A DNA stretch of 64,000 nt from an uncultured Actinomycetes bacterium (GCA_963829735.1 CAWHJT010000001.1:69108-133107); one strand, 5' to 3'. Counted from the stretch's first letter, positions 8,712-20,705 are shown. Notes: generated by a model from the letters alone, not told the origin. Translations and numbers: made by a program.

Positions 8712-9164
8712 ATGGCGCAGGCGATCCTCCTCAAGGACGTCGAGAACCTCGGCCAGGCCGGTGAGGCCGTCGACGTCTCACCCGGCTATCTCCGCAACTT
8801 CCTTCAGCCCCGCAAGCTCGCCCAGCCGGCCACGGACGCCTCGCTCGAGGAGGCCCGGCGCCGCCAGGAGGCCGCCGACCGTGCCGCCAAGGAGGCTGCC
8901 GAGCGGGCCGAGGAGACGGCGGCGCTCCTCTCCAAGACCGTGCTCACGATCCAGCACCGCGCGGGTGAGGACGGAAAGCTCTACGGGTCGGTGACCAACA
9001 AGGAGATCGCCGACGCCATCGGCGAGGCCCGTAGGCTTCGCATCGATCGCAAGAAGATCCGCCTCGACGACCCGATCCGCGAGGTCGGCACCTACATGAT
9101 CGAGGTCGAGCTCGCCGGCGGATCCACAGCGCGCATCAAGACGATCGTCGCCGAAGAGAAGTAA
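8712..9164 (+). CDS. rplI: 50S ribosomal protein L9
   Basis: 150 aa. MAQAILLKDVENLGQAGEAVDVSPGYLRNFLQPRKLA, and position after rpsR. Confidence 0.95.
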   Translation: MAQAILLKDVENLGQAGEAVDVSPGYLRNFLQPRKLAQPATDASLEEARRRQEAADRAAKEAAERAEETAALLSKTVLTIQHRAGEDGKLYGSVTNKEIADAIGEARRLRIDRKKIRLDDPIREVGTYMIEVELAGGSTARIKTIVAEEK

Positions 9165-9314
9165 GCGCGCAACTCGCGGCGAACTCTCCAGGCCTCGAGC
9201 GCACGTCTTTCGCGAAATTTGCGGGAAGGCCGCGTGCGGGCGTAATGCCCGTGTGCTTTGCTCGCGGCGGGGCAGTTCGCGGGGCGAATCCGACCGGCCG
9301 CGGCCCTCTAATTA

Positions 9315-10775
9315 GTGGAGCCGATGCGCTCCGAAACCAACAACGGCAACCCTCGCAACATGGCGACCCCCGAGACCCACGTCCCGCCCCAGAACCTCGA
9401 GGCCGAAGGGTCCGTTCTCGGGGCGATGATGGTCTCCGAGGGCGCGATCGCCCCGGTGATCCTGGACGTCCGGCTTCACGACGGGGACTTCTACCGCGAG
9501 CGGCACAGGATCGTCTTCCGTGCGATCACCGGCCTGTACGAGCAGGGGGAGCCGGTCGACGCGCTCACGGTCTCCGAGTACCTGGCACAGCACGGCGAGC
9601 TCGCCGAGGCCGGCGGCAAGGAGGCCGTCTCGGAGCTCGCCTCCACCGTCCCCGTCCCTGGCAACGCCCGCCACTACGCGCAGATCGTCAAGCAGAACGC
9701 GCTCCTGCGCCGCCTGCTCGCGACCTCGCAGCGGATCCAGAAGTCCGTACACGAGCGCGAGGGGGAGCCCGACCAGCTCGTGGAGCGCGCCGAGAGCCTG
9801 CTGTTCAAGGTCGCCCACGAGGAGCGCGCCAGCGACTTCCGCCTCGTTGCCGAGGTGCTCGGCGACGAGATCGACCGCCTCGAGCAGCTCGCCAAGGGCG
9901 ACCAGACCATCACCGGCACGCCGTCGGGGTTCCGCGACCTCGACGCCAAGCTGGGCGGCTTCCAGCCCGGCAACCTGATCATCATCGCGGCCCGGCCGTC
10001 CCTCGGTAAGTCGGCGCTCGTATGCAACATCGCCGAGAACGTCGCCTCCAAGTACGGCAAGCCGGTCGCCTTCTTCTCGCTCGAGATGTCGGAGGCGGAG
10101 CTCGCCCACCGCTTCATCGCCTGCCGCTCGCGGATCCCCAACGACAAGCTCCGCAAGGGCAACGTGTCGACCCGCGACTGGCCCCGCGTCGTCCGCGCCT
10201 GCAACGAGCTCGAGAAGGTGCCGCTGTGGCTGGACGACTCCTCGGACCTGAGCCTGCTGGAGCTGCGCGCCAAGGCGCGCCGGCTGGCGGCCAGCGAGGG
10301 CGGCCTCGGCCTGGTGATCGTCGACTACCTGCAGCTGATGCGCGCCGAGGACCCCCGCTCGAACCGCGTCGAGCAGGTCGGTCAGTTCAGCCGCGGGATG
10401 AAGATCCTCGCCCGCGAGCTGAACGTCCCGGTGATCGGGCTCTCGCAGCTCTCGCGGGCACCGGAGCAGCGCCCCGGCGGTAAGCCGATGCTGTCGGACC
10501 TTCGCGAAAGCGGCAGCATCGAGCAAGACTCGGACGTGGTGATCTTCATCTACCGGGCGTCGAAGTACGACGAGGACGCGGACCCGAGCGAGGCGGACCT
10601 GATCGTCGCCAAGCATCGCAACGGCCCCACCGGTGACGTGCCCGTGGTCTTCCTCGAGCAGTACCCGCGGTTCGTCGATCGCGCTCGCGGCTCGGAGCCC
10701 GGGATCGAGCAGAGGGCGGGTGAGGGCCCGCCGCTCATGGACCTGGCCGACGACGACTTCGCCGACGAGGCGTGA
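9315..10775 (+). CDS. dnaB: replicative DNA helicase DnaB
   Basis: Intact 486 aa. N-terminal PPQNLEAEGSVLGAMM, Walker A ARPSLGKSALV, IVDYLQLM and LSQLSR motifs. Normal length, so no intein. Confidence 0.95.
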   Translation: MEPMRSETNNGNPRNMATPETHVPPQNLEAEGSVLGAMMVSEGAIAPVILDVRLHDGDFYRERHRIVFRAITGLYEQGEPVDALTVSEYLAQHGELAEAGGKEAVSELASTVPVPGNARHYAQIVKQNALLRRLLATSQRIQKSVHEREGEPDQLVERAESLLFKVAHEERASDFRLVAEVLGDEIDRLEQLAKGDQTITGTPSGFRDLDAKLGGFQPGNLIIIAARPSLGKSALVCNIAENVASKYGKPVAFFSLEMSEAELAHRFIACRSRIPNDKLRKGNVSTRDWPRVVRACNELEKVPLWLDDSSDLSLLELRAKARRLAASEGGLGLVIVDYLQLMRAEDPRSNRVEQVGQFSRGMKILARELNVPVIGLSQLSRAPEQRPGGKPMLSDLRESGSIEQDSDVVIFIYRASKYDEDADPSEADLIVAKHRNGPTGDVPVVFLEQYPRFVDRARGSEPGIEQRAGEGPPLMDLADDDFADEA

Positions 10776-11518
10776 GCTCCGCACCCCGACCGGTGCGTCT
10801 GGCGGACGCGAGGGCGGGCTCCGAGCCGTCCTGCCCGCTCGGGGTCTGCGACGGCTCAGGCTGGATCCTCGGCCCCGAGGACGTCGCGCGGCCCTGCGAG
10901 TGCCGCGAGCGGCGCATGGCGCGCCGCCGGGCGCGGGGCGTCGCCTCGGCGATCCCGCGTAAGTACCGCGGGGTGAGCCTCGATCGCCCACCAGTCTCGG
11001 ACATGGCGCGCAATCCGCGGCAGGCCCCCGTCTTCAAGGCGGTCAAGGGCTACGTCGAGGCGATCGACGACCGCCTCGACGAGGGCGAGGGCCTGTGGTT
11101 GATGGGCGATGTCGGCACCGGCAAGACGACCCTGGCGATGCTCGTCTCCAAGGCGGCAGTCGAGGCCGGACGCACGGTGGCGATCTACTCGCTCCCGCGT
11201 CTTCTGTCGCGCATCCGCCGCACCTACGACGCGGAGGCGGGCGAGCAGTCCTACCTGGAGTTCTTCGAGCGCCTCACGGAGGTCGACCTACTGCACATCG
11301 ACGACCTCGGCGTCGAGAAGCGCAGCGACTGGGTGCTCGAGCAGCTCTACGCGATCGTCAACGAGCGCTACGAGAGCCAGCGGTCGGTCGTCGTCACCAC
11401 GAACCTCGACCAGGCAGCGCTGGAGGAGCAGATCGGGCCGCGGACTGTGTCGCGGCTGGTGGAGATCTGTGGTGATCCGCTTCCGCTCTTCGGGGACGAC
11501 ATGCGCTACGCGGTCTGA
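10772..11518 (+). CDS. DnaC/DnaI/IstB-like AAA+ ATPase (candidate helicase loader)
   Basis: 248 aa. GTGA overlap with the dnaB stop. Walker A GDVGTGKTTLA, Walker B LLHIDDLG, sensor VVVTTN. N-terminal Cys cluster CPLGVCDGSGW...RPCEC. Confidence 0.8.
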   Translation: MSSAPRPVRLADARAGSEPSCPLGVCDGSGWILGPEDVARPCECRERRMARRRARGVASAIPRKYRGVSLDRPPVSDMARNPRQAPVFKAVKGYVEAIDDRLDEGEGLWLMGDVGTGKTTLAMLVSKAAVEAGRTVAIYSLPRLLSRIRRTYDAEAGEQSYLEFFERLTEVDLLHIDDLGVEKRSDWVLEQLYAIVNERYESQRSVVVTTNLDQAALEEQIGPRTVSRLVEICGDPLPLFGDDMRYAV

Positions 11519-11558
11519 CGGCCGGTGCGCGGCTAACCGCCGGGGCATTACCTCATAA

Positions 11559-12872
<1,314 letters not shown>

Positions 12873-13238
12873 TAGTAAGCCTCGCCCGGGGGAACAGCCA
12901 TGCCGTCCACGACCGTGAGCAGGGTGGTGACGACGGCTGCACCGAGGGAGAACCCCCGGCGGTCGTCGACCGCGGATAGCCGTCGCTAACGCTTCAGCCG
13001 TCGGCGGACTGACGGTCAGCTGGAGAGTTGACCGCTCAGAGGACGGTCAAGCCTTCAACCTCGCATCAGCGCATCGGTGCTTGAAGGGTTATGAGGGGTA
13101 CGGCGCCCCGAGCGTCCGCCGGACCGCAAGGGAGATCGGGGTGCAACCCCGCGCGAAGCGCCGTGCGGCAGCGGACCCTCGCGGGATCGCCGGCCGATCG
13201 ATTGGTGAGCCGCGCAGCGCCAAATAGACTCACGCGCC

Positions 13239-15025
13239 ATGTTCGAGAAGGTTCTGGTCGCCAATCGAGGCGAAATCGCCATTCGCGTCATGCGGACGCT
13301 CAAGGAGATGGGGATCGTCTCGGTGGGCGTGTATTCGGAGGCTGATCGCGACGCCCCGCACGTCGGGGAGGCCGACGAGGCGCATCTGCTCGGCTCTGCT
13401 GTTCCGGCGGAGAGCTACCTCAACATCGAGAAGATCATTGAGACGGCCGAGAAGGCAGGCGCCAAGGCGATCCACCCCGGGTACGGGTTCCTGGCCGAGA
13501 ACGCCGACTTCGCCCAGGCATGCGAGAGGGCCGGCGTCGTGTTCATCGGCCCTCCGGCGAGCGCGATCGAGGCGATGGGGTCGAAGACGCGCGCGCGGGA
13601 GCTGATGGCCGAGGCGGGGGTGCCGATCGTCCCGGGGACCACCTCGCCGGCGGAGGACGTCAAGGAGGCGAAGAAGCAGGCGGAGGAGATCGGCTACCCG
13701 ATCGCGTGCAAGGCGGCCGGTGGCGGTGGGGGCAAGGGCTTTCGCGTCGCTCACTCGGAGGGCGAATTGGAGGACGCATTCGAGGGCGCATCCCGCGAGG
13801 GCGAGAAGTTCTTCTCGGACCCGCGCGTCTACCTGGAGCGATACCTCGAGGACCCGCGCCACGTCGAGGTGCAGGTCCTCGCCGACTCGCACGGGCACGT
13901 GATCCACCTGGGCGAGCGCGACTGCTCGATCCAGCGGCGCCACCAGAAGCTGATCGAGGAGGCGCCCGCGCCGCATGTGGACGAGGAGATGCGCGAGCGG
14001 ATCGGAAAGATCGCGACCAATGCGGCGGCCGCCGTCGGCTATCGCTCGGCGGGCACGGTGGAAGGGCTTCAGGACGGCGACGAGTACTTCTTCCTCGAGA
14101 TGAACACCCGCGTCCAGGTCGAGCACTGCGTGACCGAGATGGTCACCGGGATCGACATCGTGCGCGAGCAGATTCGGGTCGCGGAAGGGGAGGAGCTCTC
14201 GGTCTCGCAGGACGACGTCGAGCTTCGCGGGCACGCGATCGAGTGCCGGATCAACGCCGAGGCGGCCCACAAGAACTTCGCTCCGGCCCCGGGCAAGATC
14301 GCGAGCTACGTCGAGCCCGCGGGCCCCGGCGTGCGGGTGGACTCCGGCGTCCGCGCCGGGTCCGAGGTGACACCGCTGTATGACCCGATGGTCGCCAAGC
14401 TCATCGTCTGGGACAGCGACCGCGAGCGTGCCACTGCGCGGATGCTGCGCGCCCTGGGCGAGTACGAGGTCGGCGGCCTCGTGACGCTGATTCCCTTCCA
14501 CGAGGCGATCCTCGCCACCGACCAGTGGCGAAACGCCGAGACCGCCCGCGACCTGATCGGCGATCGCAAGTGGCTGAAGGGCTTGGAGCCCGAGGCCGCC
14601 GGCACCGCCGGAGCCTGAGGCGGACGGTGAGGGCGAGCCGGAGGAGGCGCGTTCGCGGACCTACAAGGTCGAGGTCGACGGGCGACTCCACAGCGTCAAG
14701 GTGATCGGCGCCGCTGCGCCGGCGGGCGATAATCCCGGGCTCGGCGACAGCAGGCCTGCGCCGCCCACCGCGGCGCGAGCGGGCGGGCGGTGGCGCCACG
14801 GCTGCCGGCGGGACGGATGTCCTCGTCTCGCCGATCCAGGGCACGGTGCTGAAGGTCCCCGTGAGCAAGGGCGACGAGGTCGCCGAAGGCGCCCTTATCT
14901 GCGTGGTCGAGGCGATGAAGATGGAGAACGAGATCACCGCCCACCGGGCGGGCAAGGTGAGCGAGCTCGCGGTCACCGAGGGCGGCTCGGTCGCCGCTGG
15001 TGACACGATCGCGCGCATTGAGTGA
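13239..15025 (+). CDS. acyl-CoA carboxylase alpha subunit (biotin carboxylase + BCCP), frameshifted
   Basis: ORF 13239..14618 is the biotin carboxylase domain (MFEKVLVANRGEIAIRV...). The linker PPAPPEPEADGEGEPEEARSRTYKVEVDG is in the ORF 14701 frame. The BCCP end GTVLKVPVSKGDEVAEGALICVVEAMKMENEI...TIARIE stops at TGA 15023-15025 in the third frame. Frame changes lie near ~14590 and ~14780. Confidence 0.85.
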
Positions 15026-15026
15026 C

Positions 15027-15926
15027 GTGCCCCTACCCTGGCGCGGACCCGGCCCTGGGCGCCCCGAGCTCCCGCTCCCGCCCGACAAGCTTCCGATCCG
15101 CCGCGATGGCCACTGGCGCAAGCGCTGGCGCTACGTGGGGGCATTCAGCGACGAGATCCTGCTCTGCGCCGCCCGCATCAACGTAGGGCCGCTCGGCCAG
15201 ACGTTCTGGGCGATCTGGGATCGCGCCGAGCGAAGGCTCTGGGAGCGCACCGCGGTCCTGATGCCGGGAGCCCGCGGCGACGTGTGGACCGAGGGCCGGG
15301 ACGGCGACGGCCTCCTCATGCACAGCGCCGACGAGGGCTCGGTGGTCCGGATCGAGGCCAAGCACCCGGAGGCCGGAGAGGTCCGGGCCTTCCTTCGCTT
15401 CGGCGCCGCAAAGTGGGTCGAGGCCGTCTGTCCCACGACCGACGGCCAGTACGTGTGGACGCGAAAACGCGTCGACGTGCCAGTCGAATGCGACGTTCGG
15501 ATCGCGGGCCGTCGCATCGAGACCGAGGCGCGCGGCGTCGAGGACGAGTCCGAGGGCTACCACTCGCACCACACGGTCTGGAGCTGGTCGGCCGGCGTCG
15601 GCACGGCCACGGACGGGAGGTCGGTCGGCTGGAACCTGGTCAGCGGAATCAACGACCCGCCGGAGCTATCGGAGCGCGGCATCTGGATCGACGGCGAGCC
15701 GACGGAGCCCGGCCCGGTGGAGTTCGACGGCCTGGAGGCGATCCGGTTTGACGAGGGGTCTCGCCTCGACTTCGCCGGCGAGTGCGAACGGCGCCGGGAG
15801 GAGAGCCGCCTCCTGGTCCGCTACACGTACCGGCAGCCGCTCGGCGCGTTCAGCGGGACGCTGCCGGGGGGCATCACGCTCGCGAGTGGGCTCGGCGTGA
15901 TGGAGCACCACGACGCGCACTGGTAG
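15027..15926 (+). CDS. DUF2804-like protein
   Basis: ORF 15000..15926. Start taken at GTG 15027, just after the carboxylase stop. WRYVGAF...VMEHHDAHW resembles the DUF2804 family (recalled pattern). Confidence 0.65.
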   Translation: MPLPWRGPGPGRPELPLPPDKLPIRRDGHWRKRWRYVGAFSDEILLCAARINVGPLGQTFWAIWDRAERRLWERTAVLMPGARGDVWTEGRDGDGLLMHSADEGSVVRIEAKHPEAGEVRAFLRFGAAKWVEAVCPTTDGQYVWTRKRVDVPVECDVRIAGRRIETEARGVEDESEGYHSHHTVWSWSAGVGTATDGRSVGWNLVSGINDPPELSERGIWIDGEPTEPGPVEFDGLEAIRFDEGSRLDFAGECERRREESRLLVRYTYRQPLGAFSGTLPGGITLASGLGVMEHHDAHW

Positions 15927-16068
15927 CGGCGTCCCACTGGTCGCCGAGCCGCGGGAGCAGCGACGCTGCTGCCGCCCCGCTGCGGCGTCTCCGGGCGCGG
16001 CTGGTCAGTAGCCCGGCGCCGGGGCGCAGTCGTCCCGCGAGGGTCGTTCTCGCTATCGGCCCTGGGCG

Positions 16069-16425
16069 CTAATCCAGGTCGTCCACCTCGCCCTGGTACT
16101 GGCCCATGCCGCGGGCGATGCCGTCGCCGATCGCGGCGTCGATGACGCCCTGCGACTCGACGATCAGGTCGGCCCGCGCGGTGCGGCGCTGGAACTCCTC
16201 GTCGGTGCGCAGCGCGCTGACCTGATCCTCGCTGCCGCGCAGCAGCGCGAAGCCCTGTAGGTCTCCGCCGTGGGGCGTCAACAGGACCACCTCGAAGTCC
16301 TCGATCTTGCCGTCGCCCTGTAGCCCTCCCCAGTACTCGACGCTTTCGTTGAATACCTGGACCGCGCGTTTCTCGCGCCCGCGCACTACTTGACCCCACC
16401 CAATGAAAAGTGCTGCATCGGCCAT
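16069..16425 (-). CDS. hypothetical protein
   Basis: Intact 118-aa ORF with good GC3 (MADAALFIGWGQVVRGREKRAVQVFNESVEYW...). No family recognised. Confidence 0.6.
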   Translation of the reverse strand: MADAALFIGWGQVVRGREKRAVQVFNESVEYWGGLQGDGKIEDFEVVLLTPHGGDLQGFALLRGSEDQVSALRTDEEFQRRTARADLIVESQGVIDAAIGDGIARGMGQYQGEVDDLD

Positions 16426-16489
16426 TGGCTCTCCTTCCGCGATCTACCTCTCCTTGACCCTACACCCCTGCGGATACGCGGCAAACTCG

Positions 16490-17137
16490 CTAGTCCGGAT
16501 AGACGCTCCTCACCTCCCACCGCCAGGGCGGCTCCTCGGTTCGCGGGAAGTCATAGTGATCGCGCCCGTAGAGCGTCTCGAGCGGAACGAGCACCGGGTT
16601 TGCGCTGTCGAGGAGGGGTGTCTCCGCGTACCGATCGACGTCGGCGGCGGATGCCTGCCTCACCGCACGGTCCCAGCCGAGGCCCGGTCGGTAGAGCCAG
16701 TAGCTGACCTCGACTTCGCCGCCGGATCGCCGGTGGTCGACCACCGAGGTGAAGGCGGTCACTCGCCGGTTCGACCGGGTGAGCCCCACGCGGTCACCCG
16801 GTACCGCGCAGCCTTCGCTGCGGCAGTAGCGGAAGTCGACCGGCACGAGCCCGAGGCCCGACGGCCCGGCCACCGGTCGAGGGGTCGGGGCGAGAGCACG
16901 GACGAGCCCCGCCACCGGCCTGCTGTACGCCTCGGTCAGCGGGTCCTGCCAGCACGGGTCGGGCAGGCGTGCCGGACAGCGGATCTTCCGGTCGAGCGAC
17001 GAGCCGAGCCTCTTCGCCTCGTCGGTCGGTGGGGCGGCGGCGAGCGCCGCGATGGCTCCGATCGCGAGCAGCCCGATGAGCATGACCAGGCCGACGTGCT
17101 CGACCGAGGCGGCGCCTTGCGGATCGCGGGCTCGCAT
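16490..17137 (-). CDS. membrane-anchored hypothetical protein (TadE/pilin-like N-terminus?)
   Basis: 215 aa. The N-terminus GAASVEHVGLVMLIGLLAIGAIAAL resembles TadE-like prepilin-type leaders. The C-terminal domain is unknown. Confidence 0.55.
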   Translation of the reverse strand: MRARDPQGAASVEHVGLVMLIGLLAIGAIAALAAAPPTDEAKRLGSSLDRKIRCPARLPDPCWQDPLTEAYSRPVAGLVRALAPTPRPVAGPSGLGLVPVDFRYCRSEGCAVPGDRVGLTRSNRRVTAFTSVVDHRRSGGEVEVSYWLYRPGLGWDRAVRQASAADVDRYAETPLLDSANPVLVPLETLYGRDHYDFPRTEEPPWRWEVRSVYPD

Positions 17138-17200
17138 GGAGCCAACCTAGGCTCCGAATCCGGACCCAGGGTGCGCAGGATGTACCGAATGCGAGCCCGG

Positions 17201-17473
17201 TTAGGCGAGGCCCTCGCGCGCCTCGCGCACGAGCGTCACCGACTCCGGGAAGACGATCCTGATCGCGTCGCGGACCTGGACCGCCTGCTCGTCGCTGCTG
17301 CCCGCGAGGTCCAGACGGTTGATCGCGGCGACGGTCATGTCGACCGCCAGCTTGATCGCGTTGTCCGCCCATGCCACGCGCTGGCTGTCCTGCATCTGGT
17401 TCGCCAGCTCGCCGAGGCGCTCACGAAGCTCATCCGGATCGCCGAAGAGGTTGAATCCTTCGCTTCCTTCCAT
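17201..17473 (-). CDS. hypothetical small acidic protein
   Basis: Intact 90-aa ORF (MEGSEGFNLFGDPDELRERLGELANQMQ...). No family recognised. Confidence 0.5.
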   Translation of the reverse strand: MEGSEGFNLFGDPDELRERLGELANQMQDSQRVAWADNAIKLAVDMTVAAINRLDLAGSSDEQAVQVRDAIRIVFPESVTLVREAREGLA

Positions 17474-17569
17474 GCAGTAGATCTTAGTGAGGGGGCTTTA
17501 GCCCCGATACCGGCAGGTGCCGTTCCCGCCTCGATCTCGATTCGCCCTCCATCGCGGGGCCTGGCGCGC

Positions 17570-18004
17570 CTAAGCGCGCCCCCAGGCCAGGATTCCGGCT
17601 ACGTCCAGGCTCGAGAGGACTCCGACCGCGTTTCCCTCCTCGACGACGATCAGGTGGGTGGTTCCGCGCTCGGCCATCAGCGCTGCCGCCCGGGCGAGGG
17701 TCTCTTCCGGGCCGACGGCCGGAGTGTCGGTAACGGCGATGGCCCGCGCTTCCTGCGTATCGAGATCCCCCTCGGCAGATTGCAGGACATCGACATCGGT
17801 GACCAGGCCCCAGCCCCGCTCCGACGAATCCGTGAGGCCGGTTATCACCACCGAGTGGATGTGGTGCTGAGCCATTATCTGCGCCAGCGTCCGGAGTGAC
17901 GTCTCGGGGGCCGAGGAGACGACGCCGGGATGCATCGCATCGCTGACGCGCGCGTTTTCGAACGATGGAATCCGATAGCTGCCCTCGATCTGGCTTGGTG
18001 CCAT
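17570..18004 (-). CDS. CBS-pair domain protein
   Basis: These are the last 144 aa of ORF 17570..20560, starting MAPSQIEGSY. There are two CBS repeats (HSVVITG...GLVTDVDVL and HLIVVEEGNAVGVLSSLDV). Confidence 0.8.
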   Translation of the reverse strand: MAPSQIEGSYRIPSFENARVSDAMHPGVVSSAPETSLRTLAQIMAQHHIHSVVITGLTDSSERGWGLVTDVDVLQSAEGDLDTQEARAIAVTDTPAVGPEETLARAAALMAERGTTHLIVVEEGNAVGVLSSLDVAGILAWGRA

Positions 18005-18156
18005 TGATCTCTCCTGTCCGCGTCGGTAGGTGCTCGGACCGACCCTATCGTCAGCGCCTATGCCTGCGGTCAGGATGGCCACCGGGGGCGAGCCGGCAGC
18101 ACCGGCGAGCGATTGCTGTACGGAGCGCCCTGTCCGGTTGCGGTTGCGCCTCGCGG

Positions 18157-20452
18157 CTACGCGGGCCGGACTGACCGGGAGTCGTCGGATGACGCGCCGC
18201 GCTGGCCGGTCGCGGGAGGGAGCGCGCTCGCATCCGCTGGGCCGACGTGCGGCAGCCATTCCAGCCACTTCGGCAGGTACCAGTTCCAATCGCCGAGCAA
18301 CTTCATCGTCGCCGGCAGCAGCACGCCGCGGATGAGCGTCGCGTCGATCAGCACCGCCACCGCGAGACCAATGCCCAGCTGCTTGAAGATCAAGAGCGAG
18401 AGCGTGGCGAAGATCGCGAACACCGCGATCATCACGATGGCGGCGCTGGTCACGACTCCCGCCGTGGTCTTGATTCCGTGCGCGACCGCGTCCTCCGTAG
18501 ATCGCCCGCGGTCGAATGCCTCGCGGATTCGCGTGAGGATGAACACGTGGTAGTCCATCGAGAGCCCGAAGAGGACGACGAACAGGAAGATCGGCATCCA
18601 GGAGACGATCGACCCGGTCGACTTGAAGCCGAGCACGGACTCGAGGTGTCCCTCCTGGAATATCCACACCAGGATCCCGTAGGCCGCCCCGACCGAGAGC
18701 AGGTTCAGCACGATCGCCTTCAGCGGGATCACGATCGAGCGGAACGTGAACAGCAGCAGGATGAAGGCCGCCAGCAGCACGAAGCCGAACACCAGCGGCG
18801 CGTGCGACTTCATCGTGGCGGTGAAGTCCTCGGAGTCGGCCGTGTAACCGGTCACGTCGCCGGTGGCGCCCGGGACCTGGCCGATCGTCGCCGGGATGAT
18901 CGTGTTCCGGAGCTCCGTCAGCGCGGCCCTGGACTGGGAGTCGCTGCCGTCGCCGGCGAGCGGGATGCTCACCTGGGCGACGGTGTGGTCGGAGCTCACG
19001 TCGACCGTGATCGGCTGCTCGAAGAGCGGGTTCGAGGACGCCTGCTTGCCGAGGTCGGCGATCGCCGCCTTCATCTCCGGCGAGGTCACGTCGTCGGAGC
19101 TGACGGCGACCACCGCCGGGATCGGGCCGCCCGGGAAGGCGGCCTGGATCTTGTTGTAGGTCTGGATCACGTCGATGTCCTGCGGCAGCGACTGGACGCC
19201 GGGATTGGCCGTGTGGAGGCTGAACGCGGGGATCGCGAGAACGACGAGGAGCCCGCCCGTGGCGATGAGCCGAAATCAGCGGGTGGCGCAGGACCGGGTT
19301 CAGGATGCGCGACCAAAGCGCGCTCTCACCGGCGTTCCAGGACTGGTGCTTGATGATCGGCACGCCGCCCTTTTCGACCCGGTCTCCGAGCCAGGCCAGC
19401 GTCGCCGGAAGCACCGTGAGTGACCCCACGACCGCCAGCGCGACGACCAGGATCGTGCCCGTGGCGAACGACTGGAAGGTCGACGCCCCGGCGAGGTACA
19501 TCCCGGCCATCGCGACCATCACCGTGAAGCCGGAGACCATGACCGCGCGGCCCGAGGTCGCCGCCGCGGCGGCAAGCGACGCTGTTTCGCTGCGGCCCGA
19601 TTCGCGCTCCTCGCGCTCGCGGCGCAGGTAGAACATCGAGTAGTCCACACCGACCGCAAGCCGATCAGCAGGATCACCTCGTTCACCGACTGGTCCACGG
19701 CGGTCAGATGGCTGAGGGGCCCCATCAGGCCGATGGTCCCGATCACGGCGGTGAGCGCCAGCAGAAGCGGCACCCCCGCCGCCACCAGTGCGCCGAAGGC
19801 GATCAGCAGGATGATCAGCGTGATCGGCAGCGAGGTGAGGAGCGCCTGCTTGAAGTCGGCGCTGATCGAGTCGTTGAGCTTCTTGTTGATGCTCGCGTCG
19901 CCGGACTCGGCGATCGTGAAGTCCGGATTCGCCGCCTGCGCCGCGCTGACCGCGTCGAGCGCCGCCCCGACCCGATCCTGCGTCTGGGTGTCGTCGCCGG
20001 CGACCTTGAAGCGGATCAGGACCGAGCGTCCGTCCTGGGAGATCTGCCCGCCGTTGCCCGCCGCATACGGGCTCTCGATCTCCTGGACGTAGGGGACCTT
20101 CGCGAGGCGGCGCTGCACGTCCGTGACCGCCGCGCGGAAGCTCGGGTCGGTCGCCCTCTACGCTCCCGCTCTGGACCAGCACGAGTTCGTCAGCGCTCCT
20201 TGGGAACGCCCCCTCGATCGTCGTGGAGGCGCGTCCGGACTCGCCAACCCCGAGCTGGTCCTGCTGGAGGGTCTTCGTACCGACCGCGCCGCCGATCATG
20301 AACGCGACGACGACGAACGCGAGCCAGCCCCAGATTGCCGTCTTGCGGTGCTGGGCGCTCCAGCGGCCCGCGCGAGCGGCCAGTCCCTTGACGTTGTTCG
20401 CCCAGGTCTCGTCCGGCTGCTGAGGGCTGCGTGGCGTGCTTGCCGACGACAT
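18157..20452 (-). CDS. MMPL-family (RND-type) membrane transporter, frameshifted
   Basis: The N-terminus MSSASTP...TAIWGWLAFVVVAFMIGG is in the 20560 frame. It continues in ORF 19519..20118, returns to the 20560 frame (AVGVDYSMFYLRRERE...), then uses ORF 18157..19170 (...LGDWNWYLPKWLEWLP). Frame changes lie near ~20130, ~19660 and ~19280. Confidence 0.8.
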
Positions 20453-20705
20453 CTGGCGCCTTCCGTAGTGAATCCGGCTTCGGGCGGAGTCCACTGGACG
20501 GCGAGCCAAAGTCTGCCTGGTCCAGTCGGCCGCTCGCACCCGTCGAGCTTTTCCGACCAACCGACCCTACACCCGCCGGATCACGGGCGCCCTCGGCGAG
20601 ATGTGTGATCCGTGACGATTACGGACGAGTGCTGCGGTCCACCGCGGTTGCAGGCCGCCTCTCTACCCGTGTAGCGTCTGAGACCGAGGTTCAAGGAGGA
20701 ACGAG

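Noticed and set aside
9315-10775. An intein in DnaB, which is common in some Actinobacteria.
   Set aside because: The length of 486 aa and the uninterrupted helicase motifs leave no room for an intein.
17570-20560. A 996-aa minus-strand ORF that looks like one giant protein.
   Set aside because: Only its two ends are coding-like in that frame: the MMPL N-terminus and a short internal piece, and the C-terminal 144-aa CBS protein. The middle is Arg/Pro/Gly-rich read-through. The real MMPL sequence lies in ORFs 19519..20118 and 18157..19170.
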